A stretch of 64,000 bases of DNA. Origin: an uncultured Candidatus Saccharibacteria bacterium. GTDB taxonomy: Bacteria; Patescibacteriota; Minisyncoccia; Phycocordibacterales; JAACPR01. Below are positions 26,443 through 35,251 of this stretch, piece by piece. The stretch spans positions 41,706 through 105,705 of the forward strand of contig CAZVRT010000002.1 of assembly GCA_964630375.1 (NCBI GenBank), given 5' to 3'. Both the position numbers and the translations under genes were made by a program. Within the stretch, counting starts at the first letter, position 1. The number at the start of each line of letters is the position of its first letter. A model generated the notes under the pieces. The model made no database searches. It saw only the letters and a program-made list of their open reading frames with translations, and was not told the DNA's origin.

Positions 26443-26497
26443 GGTCATAGCGAAAAGCGGTTTATGTAAATAACATAAACCTCTCCTCGCTGTGACC
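26443..26497 (+). promoter_or_regulatory. Structured leader: an 11-bp stem (GGUCAUAGCGA / UCGCUGUGACC, one G·U pair) enclosing an 8-bp inner hairpin GGUUUAUG-uaaauaa-CAUAAACC
   Basis: Nested complementarity read directly from the sequence. It lies in the 5' leader of a GC-rich, foreign-looking ORF. Confidence 0.3.
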
Positions 26498-26556
26498 AAT
26501 GAGTGGTCTAGTCAGTGTCTCCTGAAAGAGATTTAGTTTTCAACGCAAAATAAATT

Positions 26557-26922
26557 ATGAACATACCCTCTAGGCTGAAAGAATACATTACGAAGAGATA
26601 TAGTCCAGAAGTGGGATTGTGGGCTTGCTATGATATCGTTTTTGAAGGCAGAGAAGACATCCAATGCACGCTTAGTCTCTGGTCAGACATGAGACTGTGC
26701 TTGGTGTTGTATGGTACTGACGGAGAAGCAGCATCTGGAGTGGAGAATTATACAATTCACAATATGTCAGGTGTCATAATTGGAAGTTTTGACGAACACA
26801 GTCAAGCAATCGTGGAATCATCTTCTGTGGTTGAAGGATTTGAAATCAGAAACCTTCAAGGAGATGTCCTGAACGGAACGCTTTATGCAGTCGTTAAGAC
26901 AATTCCTCACATCATTGCTTAA
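26557..26922 (+). CDS. Hypothetical protein, 121 aa, GC about 43%
   Basis: ORF with atypical composition. No family motif. Confidence 0.35.
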   Translation: MNIPSRLKEYITKRYSPEVGLWACYDIVFEGREDIQCTLSLWSDMRLCLVLYGTDGEAASGVENYTIHNMSGVIIGSFDEHSQAIVESSSVVEGFEIRNLQGDVLNGTLYAVVKTIPHIIA

Positions 26923-27006
26923 GTGATAGTTGTGATTGCAATTGTCATTCAAAGCTCATACAGGTAATGCTGGTGGGTTTTTTCTTTTTCAAATTTAGTT
27001 GAGTTG

Positions 27007-27142
27007 ATAAATAAAATACTCCATTATAAATACGTAGCGGAGCCGTCCCAAACGGTGAGCTTCAGCGAAAATTAAAATCGCAGACACTTGTGTCTGCGAT
27101 TTTAATTTATCGCGTGTATTTATAATGGAGTATTTTATTTAT
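27007..27142. repeat. 136-bp nested palindromic element: perfect 27-bp terminal inverted repeats (ATAAATAAAATACTCCATTATAAATAC) enclosing a 19-20-bp near-perfect hairpin (AAAATTAAAATCGCAGACAC / GTGTCTGCGATTTTAATTT); MITE-like
   Basis: Left inverted repeat 27007-27033 and right inverted repeat 27116-27142 are exact reverse complements. The inner arms are at 27068-27087 and 27090-27109. The element abuts the stop codon of the 27143 minus-strand gene. Confidence 0.6.
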
Positions 27143-27715
27143 TTACCCAACAAAAATACAAAGCCTCCTCCAATACCTCTCAAACTTCTCTATCTCCACA
27201 AACAAATTTTTCTTTATTCCTCTCGGAGATTCTGGATCGTTATACATAAAACCAAGTACATCACCATTATCATCCAGATCATACCCTGTTAAAACAATCA
27301 GATGAGATGACTTATTATCTCCAAAACCAACATCAACAGAAACAATCACAGGTCTTCCCGCCTTTATCATTTTTACAATCTTTTTGATTCCAGCTTTCGC
27401 CATCTTCGCATCATAAATACTAGGCACACGAGAATTATTTCCATTACCAATCAACTGACTTTTAAATTCTTCCTTGTATGAAAAAATTCCTCTGTTGCGA
27501 AAAATCCTAACTAAAGATTCATGATCCCAACCATTTTCATTGTATCCACCAATTTTTACACCTTCATCAATCAAAGCATCTATACTTTCATCATTGTCTG
27601 GATAAAAATATTTGATAATCATTTTTGCAGAAGTGATTCCACAAGCACGAGAGCGCCACTTTTCTTCTAAAACATTTTGATATTGAGAATAATAAGGCAC
27701 ATCAATAAAATACAT
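27143..27715 (-). CDS. Papain-fold cysteine peptidase, C39-like (Peptidase_C39_2-type)
   Basis: 'VPYYSQYQNVLEEKWRSRACGITSAKMII' carries the catalytic Cys, and a downstream 'SSHLIVLTGYD' carries a His. Confidence 0.45.
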   Translation of the reverse strand: MYFIDVPYYSQYQNVLEEKWRSRACGITSAKMIIKYFYPDNDESIDALIDEGVKIGGYNENGWDHESLVRIFRNRGIFSYKEEFKSQLIGNGNNSRVPSIYDAKMAKAGIKKIVKMIKAGRPVIVSVDVGFGDNKSSHLIVLTGYDLDDNGDVLGFMYNDPESPRGIKKNLFVEIEKFERYWRRLCIFVG

Positions 27716-27734
27716 GTGCTTAATTGTACTACAA

Positions 27735-30065
27735 CTATCGAACCTTCCAACCAGTTTGACTGTTTAAAACTTGAGAAACTTTTTCCATTATCGAGTTAAT
27801 TTGTTCATCAGTTAATGTTTTTTCGAAAGATTGAAAAACTATTCTAAACGCATATGAAACGTTTCCATCTTTCTCAAACTTATCGAATAGGCGATTTTGT
27901 ACAACCAAATCTCCGGCATTTTCTTTTATTAAATTCCAAACATCTTCTTCTGAAACATTTTGTGGAACCCAAACAGCAATATCGCGCACAATAAAAGGAT
28001 AAATTGAAAACGCTTTATATTGTTTTGGAGAAAATTCTTTTTGAATTTTATAAAAACTATTTTGATCAACTTCCGGCAACTTTGAAATAATTTTATCTAA
28101 GTTTATTTCTGCAACTTTTTCTTTTATTTCAAAATCTGCATCACTTAGACTAAATTTATTTTTCAATTCCTCAATTGTTTTTTTCAAAGATTTTGCATTT
28201 GAGTTCGCAATTCCAAGTGTCAAAAATTCTTCTTCACCCTTAAACACTTTTCCAATTTCAAAAATTCGTACTTCACCCAAACCAAGTAAATCAATATTTC
28301 TTGTATTCAATTCTAAACTTTCTTTCAATCCGTCAGATAAATTATTTCTTAAAAAGCCTTTATCTTTTGTTAGAGGATTTGAAATCTGCACATCACCTTT
28401 TGATTGCAACGTATATGTCATCACATCCGTATACCCAAGACTCAAAAGAAAATCAGCGAACTCAAGAGAATAATATTGTGTCTTATCAAGCAACCGTGCA
28501 GTTTCTCTTTTTACCTCGTTGTTTCCAATATTTGAATAACCATAAACGCGTGCGATTTCTTCAATCAAATCTTCTTTGATTCGCACATCAATTCTTTCAT
28601 CCGGCACAGTCACCACAAATCTTTCTTCATCAGGATTTACAACTCTTCCATATCCAACAATATTTTGAAACCTTGTAGAATTTTTTATATCCTCGATAGT
28701 AACACCAGCATTGTTTTCTTCTGTACAATGAATCACTTCGTCATTCCCAAGATAAATTCCACAATGATCTACTCCTTCTGGAACTTGTATTCCTTTCATA
28801 AACTCGATACTTTCAGTATCTATTTTTCTATTTAAAATTCCTGTATTTGAAAAAATTAAATCTCCAGGCAACAAATTGTCTTTACCAATTTTAGAACTAA
28901 ATACATATTGATCTATCGACATTCGCGGAATTGAAGCTCCAGCTTCTTTGTACAAATAAGAAGTAAAAGATGAACAATCAAACGCTTCCGGTGCATCAAA
29001 CAAAACACTCGCTCCATATTTATAAGGTCGTCCAACAAAACTTTTTGCCATCTCAACGATATTTTCCAACGGCTTTACTTTATTATGTTCAAAATGCAAT
29101 CTATCCAAAATATTTGAAATTTCAGATTCAGAAAGATTTGTTCCAAGATATTTATTCACCTCGTTCACAGATACACCAGTTTTATATTGCCCTGCTTTTC
29201 TTGGATAAACATCAATAATGCTTCCAACTTTTGTATTTTCGTCAGATGCATACTTCAAAAGCATTTCTGTTAGCCGATTCATTGCAATCTCCGCCCACAG
29301 AGGTGTGATATCTCTTTCAAATCTTTTTGAAGATTCAGTATCAATTTGCAAAGCTCGTCTAGTTTTTCTTATTGCAACTGCGTCAAAGTTTGCAGCCTCC
29401 AAAAGCAAATTTACAGTTCCTTCTGCAACTTCAGCTTTTTTCCCTCCTTTAATACCTGCAATTGCTAAAACATCTTTTTCATCTGCAATCACCATTTCAT
29501 TTCCGGCAAATTTCACTTCTTTGTTATCCAAAGTTGTAAATTGAGTTTCGGCTTCAACGGTTCGCACCAAAATTTTCTTTCCACTCAATTTATCAGAATC
29601 AAAAGCATGAAGTGGTTGCCCTAAATCAAACATCACCACATTTGTACAATCAACAATATTATTTATAGATTTTTGCCCAATCGTTTCCAATTTCTTTTTC
29701 AATTCTTCAGGAGACGGACCAAGCTTTACTCCACGAATTTCTCGAGAGATATATCGCTTACAATTTTTGTCGTTCACTTCAACAGAAAATTCTGTTTCAA
29801 AATCAACTCGACTAATTTCATTTGGATAACCCTTCAAAGAAATTCCTGTCAAAACATTTACTTCTTTCGCAATTCCATAATGAGCAAAAGAATCATGTGC
29901 TCTGTTTGGTTGCACATCTATTTCATAAAGAAAATCATCTCCAACTTCTTTTACAGCTTCAACTTCATAAGCACCAACAGTCAAAGTGTGAGCAAGAGAT
30001 TTTGCATCAGGAAGTTTTCCATCTAAATGTTCTTGTATCCAATTGTACGAAACTCGCATACTCAT
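27735..30065 (-). CDS. pheT: Phenylalanyl-tRNA synthetase beta subunit. It lacks the N-terminal tRNA-binding domain and carries an inserted NlpC/P60 peptidase domain.
   Basis: B1-like 'SYNWIQEHL...VQPNRAHDSFAHYGIAKE', a B3/B4 editing region, B5 'VTVPDERIDVRIKEDLIEEIARVYGYSNI' and a C-terminal core. Residues about 335-475 are 'GRPYKYGASVLFDAPEAFDCSSFTSYLYKEAGASIPRMSIDQ...PGDLIFS...VDHCGIYLGNDEVIHC', the NlpC/P60 signature. Confidence 0.85.
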   Translation of the reverse strand: MSMRVSYNWIQEHLDGKLPDAKSLAHTLTVGAYEVEAVKEVGDDFLYEIDVQPNRAHDSFAHYGIAKEVNVLTGISLKGYPNEISRVDFETEFSVEVNDKNCKRYISREIRGVKLGPSPEELKKKLETIGQKSINNIVDCTNVVMFDLGQPLHAFDSDKLSGKKILVRTVEAETQFTTLDNKEVKFAGNEMVIADEKDVLAIAGIKGGKKAEVAEGTVNLLLEAANFDAVAIRKTRRALQIDTESSKRFERDITPLWAEIAMNRLTEMLLKYASDENTKVGSIIDVYPRKAGQYKTGVSVNEVNKYLGTNLSESEISNILDRLHFEHNKVKPLENIVEMAKSFVGRPYKYGASVLFDAPEAFDCSSFTSYLYKEAGASIPRMSIDQYVFSSKIGKDNLLPGDLIFSNTGILNRKIDTESIEFMKGIQVPEGVDHCGIYLGNDEVIHCTEENNAGVTIEDIKNSTRFQNIVGYGRVVNPDEERFVVTVPDERIDVRIKEDLIEEIARVYGYSNIGNNEVKRETARLLDKTQYYSLEFADFLLSLGYTDVMTYTLQSKGDVQISNPLTKDKGFLRNNLSDGLKESLELNTRNIDLLGLGEVRIFEIGKVFKGEEEFLTLGIANSNAKSLKKTIEELKNKFSLSDADFEIKEKVAEINLDKIISKLPEVDQNSFYKIQKEFSPKQYKAFSIYPFIVRDIAVWVPQNVSEEDVWNLIKENAGDLVVQNRLFDKFEKDGNVSYAFRIVFQSFEKTLTDEQINSIMEKVSQVLNSQTGWKVR

Positions 30066-30079
30066 AACTAAAATTGCAA

Positions 30080-30808
30080 TTAAAACTGATTGTTAAATCT
30101 TAAATCTCCAGATTGAAGAAGACGAATATCATCGATTCCATAAAGCATCATCGCAATTCTGTCCCAGCCAAAAGCAAAAGCATATCCTTGATATTCTCGT
30201 GGGTTCACTCCTCCTCTTTCCAAAACTTTTGGATGAAGCATTCCTGCTCCTAAAACTTCAATCCAACCAGACTGCTTGCAAACAGAACAACCTTTTCCTT
30301 CACATTTGAAACATGACATATCTACTTCAACTCCCGGCTCCACGAAAGGAAAGTATCCAGGTCGCAATCTTGTCGTTGTATTTTCTCCAAAAAGTTTTTT
30401 GAAAATTCTTTCAATCGTATATTTCATGTGGCCAAGATTTAAATCTTTTCCAATTGCAGCACATTCAAATTGATGAAACACTGCTTCGTGAGTCGCGTCT
30501 GTTGTTTCATTTCGATAAACTTTTCCGAAATATAAAATCTTTAAAGGCACCCCTCGCTCTCGCGGACCCTTCACTTGCCCAGCTGATGTTTGTGTTCGCG
30601 CAAGCATTCCCTGACGATTTTTCAACCAAAAAGTATCTTGTTCATCTCGAGCGGGATGAGAATCAGGAACATTCAAAGCATCGAAGTTGAAAAATTCTGT
30701 CTCAATCTCAGGAATTTGGAAAATATCAAAACCCATCTCGTCAAAGACTTCAATAACTTGATGCATTATTTGATTCAGAGGATGAATGTGTCCTTTCTGT
30801 TCGCTCAT
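30080..30808 (-). CDS. pheS: Phenylalanyl-tRNA synthetase alpha subunit: catalytic core only, with no N-terminal coiled-coil arm
   Basis: Class II motifs 'FGKVYRNETTDATHEAVFHQFE' and 'GWIEVLGAGMLHP...GFAFGWDRIAMMLYGI', plus a CxxC...CxxC insert 'CFKCEGKGCSVCK'. Length is 242 aa. Confidence 0.85.
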   Translation of the reverse strand: MSEQKGHIHPLNQIMHQVIEVFDEMGFDIFQIPEIETEFFNFDALNVPDSHPARDEQDTFWLKNRQGMLARTQTSAGQVKGPRERGVPLKILYFGKVYRNETTDATHEAVFHQFECAAIGKDLNLGHMKYTIERIFKKLFGENTTTRLRPGYFPFVEPGVEVDMSCFKCEGKGCSVCKQSGWIEVLGAGMLHPKVLERGGVNPREYQGYAFAFGWDRIAMMLYGIDDIRLLQSGDLRFNNQF

Positions 30809-30823
30809 ATTTTTAGAAGTTTA

Positions 30824-31825
30824 TCAAATTTCAGCGCGATATAACTCTTGACCGTCTTTTATAAATATAGTGTTACCTCGCAACTTAAATTCAGGCTTTT
30901 CGCCTTTAAATATAGTTTGAAGGTTTTGTCTTGATCTATCGTCAGCCTCTACAGCAAAAATGTGATTTTGTGTAGCAACAATAAAAGCGTCATCTCTGTT
31001 TGGATAAAAATCAAATTGCGAAATATCCGTATTCAAAGAAACTTTTATATTATTTTTACAATCTCTAATATTACAGAAGAAAAACGGAGTCGCCTTTACT
31101 TCACCTGTCCAATAAACTTGAATATCACCAGATTCCAACCAAGCAATCATCTTTCCAGATTCTCTTAATTGTTTTTTGTTTTCAATATCTTTGATATTTA
31201 ATTTATTTAAATAATCAGGAATTATTATTTTTGAAGAAGTTGCAGGTTTTGTTGAAGTTGTTTTTGTCGAAGTCGCAGAAGAAGTTGAAACAATAATTTC
31301 TTCTTTAAATACAACTAGGTTTCTATCCGGAGTTGTAGTTGAGGTAAAAATAGCCAAAGTGTCTTCGTATTCTTTATTCAAAGTTCTAGTTGTTGTAGAT
31401 TTTTGATCTTTGTCTAAAGTTTCTGTTTCAGTAAATTGTTCAATCTTTTTGAAAGGAATTTCAATCGGCAACATCAAAATTCTAGCCTCTGTCACGATAT
31501 TCGGATATACATTTAATTCTTTATACCAAGGCAAGTATCCGTCTTTCTCAACTCGAATTTGATATGACTGATTTGATTTCAGATTTTGAACCAAAATATT
31601 TCTCAAAAGCAAACCTCCTGATTCTGCAAATTCTTCGTCAACAAACAATCTGGTATCAGATAAATCAGAGTGAATAAAAAATCCACCAGTCTTTTCAAAA
31701 GTTAAGTTCTCCCAATCCAATCTATAACCAGAAGAGTACGCCAAAAGAAACGGAATAGAAATTATAAAAATTAAAAATAAAAATCCCAATGAAAATGATC
31801 TTCGTTTTTTTGATAATGGTTTCAT
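30824..31825 (-). CDS. Membrane-anchored PEGA-domain protein with a Thr/Ser-rich linker
   Basis: N-terminal TM 'FLFLIFIISIPFLLAY', a PEGA-like 'YQIRVEKDGYLPWYKELNV' and 'TSSATSTKTTSTKPATSS'. Confidence 0.4.
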   Translation of the reverse strand: MKPLSKKRRSFSLGFLFLIFIISIPFLLAYSSGYRLDWENLTFEKTGGFFIHSDLSDTRLFVDEEFAESGGLLLRNILVQNLKSNQSYQIRVEKDGYLPWYKELNVYPNIVTEARILMLPIEIPFKKIEQFTETETLDKDQKSTTTRTLNKEYEDTLAIFTSTTTPDRNLVVFKEEIIVSTSSATSTKTTSTKPATSSKIIIPDYLNKLNIKDIENKKQLRESGKMIAWLESGDIQVYWTGEVKATPFFFCNIRDCKNNIKVSLNTDISQFDFYPNRDDAFIVATQNHIFAVEADDRSRQNLQTIFKGEKPEFKLRGNTIFIKDGQELYRAEI

Positions 31826-31837
31826 TTAATTTACTAA

Positions 31838-33401
31838 TTATTTTACCTCACTTCTGTGTTTTGGTGTAACCCAAAATCCCATGTATTTTCCAAACATTAA
31901 TCTTGTTTGCGCATCTAATCCAGGAATCGCACCGAAGATAACAATTGTAAATGGAATCAAAAACCATTGAACAGCCATAATGAACCATTTCCATTTTCTG
32001 TGTTTGATATACGGTGGCATTTTTGGAATCAAAGTGAAAGCAATCACCGCAGAAACCACAAGACCACTCATCGCAAGAATCATTAAGTTTCTTGTAATAA
32101 TCGGCAAATTGTAAGAAAGAATTGTTGTTCTAAATTCCGATCCTCCTAGAATTAAAGGTAACCAACCTAAAAGCAAAATCACAAGCGGATTGGTAGCCAA
32201 AGACCAAAAACCTTCCAACTGAATCAAGCTGTACTTAATCTTATCTTTCAAAGCAATTTTCTTATGCTTCATAAAGTTGAACAACATATATGGAACATTC
32301 TCCACTCCCCAACTCCATCGTCGGTGTTGCTTATAAATATTCACCATTGTTTGCCAGAAAGTTGGCGCCAAGTTTGCATCCATAGAAACCGGATACGAAA
32401 TAGGAACAACTCGATAATTTCCATCATGCGCAAAATACAAATTCCAAAAAATTCTTGAATCTTCCGAAACCATATTTTTTTGCCAATAACCAATTTTTTG
32501 CAAAACAGAAAACGGAACAGAATGCGAAGAAAAAGTAGTAAGCTTTTCTGGCCGCTCTTGTTGAATCATTTGCCAAAAAGTAGAAGACATCGCTGTCACA
32601 CGAGAGATCGCCGGTGCTTCCCAAATATTATTATTGTACAAAGGCACAGGTTGATAAGAAGCATGATATCGGTCTTCTGTTGTTAGGAAATACCAAGTTA
32701 GACAAAGAAGATATTGCTCCCAAGCCACAGTATCAATATCAAAAGCAGAAACCAAAACATCTTCGTAAGGAATTTGATTTACATCCAAAACTTCAATTCT
32801 TGCTCTTTCAGCAGCATAAGAAATGTTTGAACCTTTTCCAGCCATTTCACCAACAATATCTGCAGGATGTCTTGTTGTAATAAAATGTGCAAACTCACCA
32901 GAATATTTTTCCTTCATCTCTTGTGCCAAAGCCCAAGGTTCTTCTCCGGCTCTTTCTTCCGCCGCCAAAACAACAATGATTTTTTTCTTGTCATATTTTG
33001 TCTTCAACAAAGACTGAATACTTCCTTCTACAACATCAATTCCTTCTTTATAAAAAGGAAGAATGACCATGTGATAAATATGTTCGTATTTTAAATCCTT
33101 CAATTGTTCCTCCCAATCAACTTTTATATTATGTAAAAGCCTCTTCCAATTGTGTCGGTGATGGTATGACAAGTGAATTGTTTTCAAAAGCCAATACAAG
33201 TCGAAAGCAATAATGAAAAAAGCCGCCCAAACAGGTTTGAAAATCGAAAGAATAACTATTATTAAAATTGTTCCCCAAGAAAGTGCACCTGGCAATATTT
33301 CTAAAAGCCTAAAAATTTTTCTGTCTTTACCTTGTAGATGAAAAGCATGTCCTGCATTAAATCCGGGGATTTTTATATACTCCTCATTCATGGAGCCACT
33401 T
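31838..33401 (-). CDS. Processive family-2 membrane glycosyltransferase (cellulose/chitin/hyaluronan-synthase-like). The probable start 'MNEEYIK' overlaps the tRNA-Thr 3' end by 1 nt, and the ORF-track start at 33451 reads through the tRNA.
   Basis: N-terminal TM helices, a GT2 region 'KIIVVLAAEERAGEE', 'FDIDT', the processive-GT2 hallmark 'QHRRWSWG' (QxxRW) and multiple C-terminal TM helices. Confidence 0.55.
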
Positions 33402-33476
33402 GTCGGGCTCGAACCGACGACCTGCCGTTTACAAAACGGCTGCTCTACCAACTGAGCTAAAGTGGCGTGTTTACTA
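33401..33476 (-). tRNA. tRNA-Thr(UGU) with genomically encoded CCA
   Basis: The minus strand reads GCCACTTTAGCTCAGTTGGTAGAGCAGCCGTTTTGTAAACGGCAGGTCGTCGGTTCGAGCCCGACAAGTGGCTCCA. The anticodon loop is UUUGUAA. Confidence 0.85.
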
Positions 33477-33854
33477 TTCTACCTCACTTTTTAGTTGACC
33501 TTTATAAGAATCAACAGCTTGCAAATGTTCTGAAACATAGCCTCGTACAGAGCCATCTGCGCGACCTTGTACTAAACTAACTGCTTTCAAAGTTTTTCGC
33601 AAGGCATAACCCCAAACAACAATCAGCACATGCAAAACGTAAACAAAAGCTTTTTTTAAGGTTTGCAATACTTTTTGTTTTTTCTCTGACAACCAATCAG
33701 AACAAATTTTCCAAATATCAAAGATCAACTCATCAAATGCTTCTCGAAAATTTTTAGAAATAATATCACGACCCAACTTGATTTCAAATGCTCTAAATAG
33801 CACCATTGAAACTAGTATAATTGCCGAAACGGCAAAGATATTTAATAAGGTCAT
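33474..33854 (-). CDS. Hypothetical membrane protein, 126 aa
   Basis: Two hydrophobic helices. No motif. Confidence 0.3.
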   Translation of the reverse strand: MTLLNIFAVSAIILVSMVLFRAFEIKLGRDIISKNFREAFDELIFDIWKICSDWLSEKKQKVLQTLKKAFVYVLHVLIVVWGYALRKTLKAVSLVQGRADGSVRGYVSEHLQAVDSYKGQLKSEVE

Positions 33855-33860
33855 GATGGG

Positions 33861-34448
33861 TTATTCTACCACTGAAAATCGCGCGATGCGACCAACTTCG
33901 ATTCTTTCTCCAAGCTTTTGAATAGCTTCTTCAATAAGTTTTGCAACTGTTTTTGAAGAATCTTTAATGAATTCTTGTTCCAAAAGAACTTGTTCTTTGA
34001 AATAAGAATTCAATTTTCCTTCCAAGATTTTTTCTTGCATATCTGCAGGCTTGTCTTGAATTTCATTTTGGAAAACTTCTGTTGCTTTTTGTCTTGAAAC
34101 TTCATCAATTTCCGCAACTCTTACAAACTTTGGATTTGTTGCAGCAATTTGCATAGCTAATTCTTTTGCTAGATTTTGAAATTCTTCATTTTTTGAAACG
34201 AAGTCAGTCTCACACAAAAGCTCAACCATTGCTCCAACATTTCCACCTGAGTGAATGTAAGAAGATACTGTTCCAGCTCCCAAATCTCTATCCGCTTTTT
34301 TAGACGCAGCTTTTGATGAAAGTTTTTGCAAGATAATTCTTGCTTTATCCATATCTCCACCCGCTTCTTCCAAAGCGTTTTTACATTGCATCATAGATAC
34401 ACCAGTTGCTTCTCTTAGTGCTTTAATTTGGTCAGTTGTAACAGCCAT
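33861..34448 (-). CDS. tsf: Elongation factor Ts, short form
   Basis: UBA-like 'IKALREATGVSMMQCKNALEEAGGDMDKA' and 'GAMVELLCETDFVSKNEEF'. Confidence 0.85.
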   Translation of the reverse strand: MAVTTDQIKALREATGVSMMQCKNALEEAGGDMDKARIILQKLSSKAASKKADRDLGAGTVSSYIHSGGNVGAMVELLCETDFVSKNEEFQNLAKELAMQIAATNPKFVRVAEIDEVSRQKATEVFQNEIQDKPADMQEKILEGKLNSYFKEQVLLEQEFIKDSSKTVAKLIEEAIQKLGERIEVGRIARFSVVE

Positions 34449-34473
34449 AAAAATTTAAAAAATTAATTGTAAT

Positions 34474-35199
34474 TTATTTTGTTGCAGGAGCTGATTTCTT
34501 TCTTTTTAATCCTGCTTGGTATGAAGAAACGATTTCTCCAAGAACATAGTTTATTGTAGCAACAGAACTGTCATTTCCAAGTACTGGGTACTTGATATCT
34601 GAAATATCACAGTCTGAATTTGAAAGAGTAATAACAGGAATTTTTTCCAACTTAGCTTCAGCAACAGCGTTGTCTTCTTTTCGAACATCAACAATGAATA
34701 CTGCAGCCGGTTTTGATTTCATGTTTGTGATTCCACCAAATCTTTCGTTTAGTCTTTCGATTTCTCGATCAATCAAAAGTCTTTCTTTCTTTGTGTATTT
34801 AGCCAAAAGTCCTTTTGCTTTTTCCATTGAAAGTTTTTCAAATCGAGAAACTCTTTTTTGAATTTCTTCAAAGTTTGTAAGAGTACCTCCAATCCATCGT
34901 CCAGCAACGTAAGGTTGGTCGATTTTTTCTGCAAAATCTTTTACTGGTCTAATAGCTTCTCTTTTTCCTGAAACAAAAAGGATTTGTTTTCCTTGTGCGC
35001 CAACTTCTTCAGCAAAAGCTTTTGCTTCTTCTAGTTGAAGTGAAGTTTTTTCAAGATCAAAAATTTCAACTCGATTTTTGATACCAAAAATAAAAGGTGC
35101 TACTGAAGGATGTCTTCTAGATTTTGAATAACCAAAGTGCGCCCCTGCTTTAAACAGAGCTTCTACCACATCTTTGTTAACTGTCTTTTCATTAGTCAT
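34474..35199 (-). CDS. rpsB: 30S ribosomal protein S2
   Basis: 'LFKAGAHFGYSKSRRHPSVAPFIFG' and 'WIGGTLTNF'. Confidence 0.9.
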   Translation of the reverse strand: MTNEKTVNKDVVEALFKAGAHFGYSKSRRHPSVAPFIFGIKNRVEIFDLEKTSLQLEEAKAFAEEVGAQGKQILFVSGKREAIRPVKDFAEKIDQPYVAGRWIGGTLTNFEEIQKRVSRFEKLSMEKAKGLLAKYTKKERLLIDREIERLNERFGGITNMKSKPAAVFIVDVRKEDNAVAEAKLEKIPVITLSNSDCDISDIKYPVLGNDSSVATINYVLGEIVSSYQAGLKRKKSAPATK

Positions 35200-35251
35200 G
35201 TAGGCACGAGTTTATCAGAAAGTAAGAAATATCGCAAGAGTTTCAATACAG

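Noticed and set aside
33402-33451. The ORF-track start of the GT2 synthase at 33451 ('MVEQPFCKRQVVGSSPTSG')
   Set aside because: That segment is the translation of tRNA-Thr on the same strand. It is not a plausible coding N-terminus.
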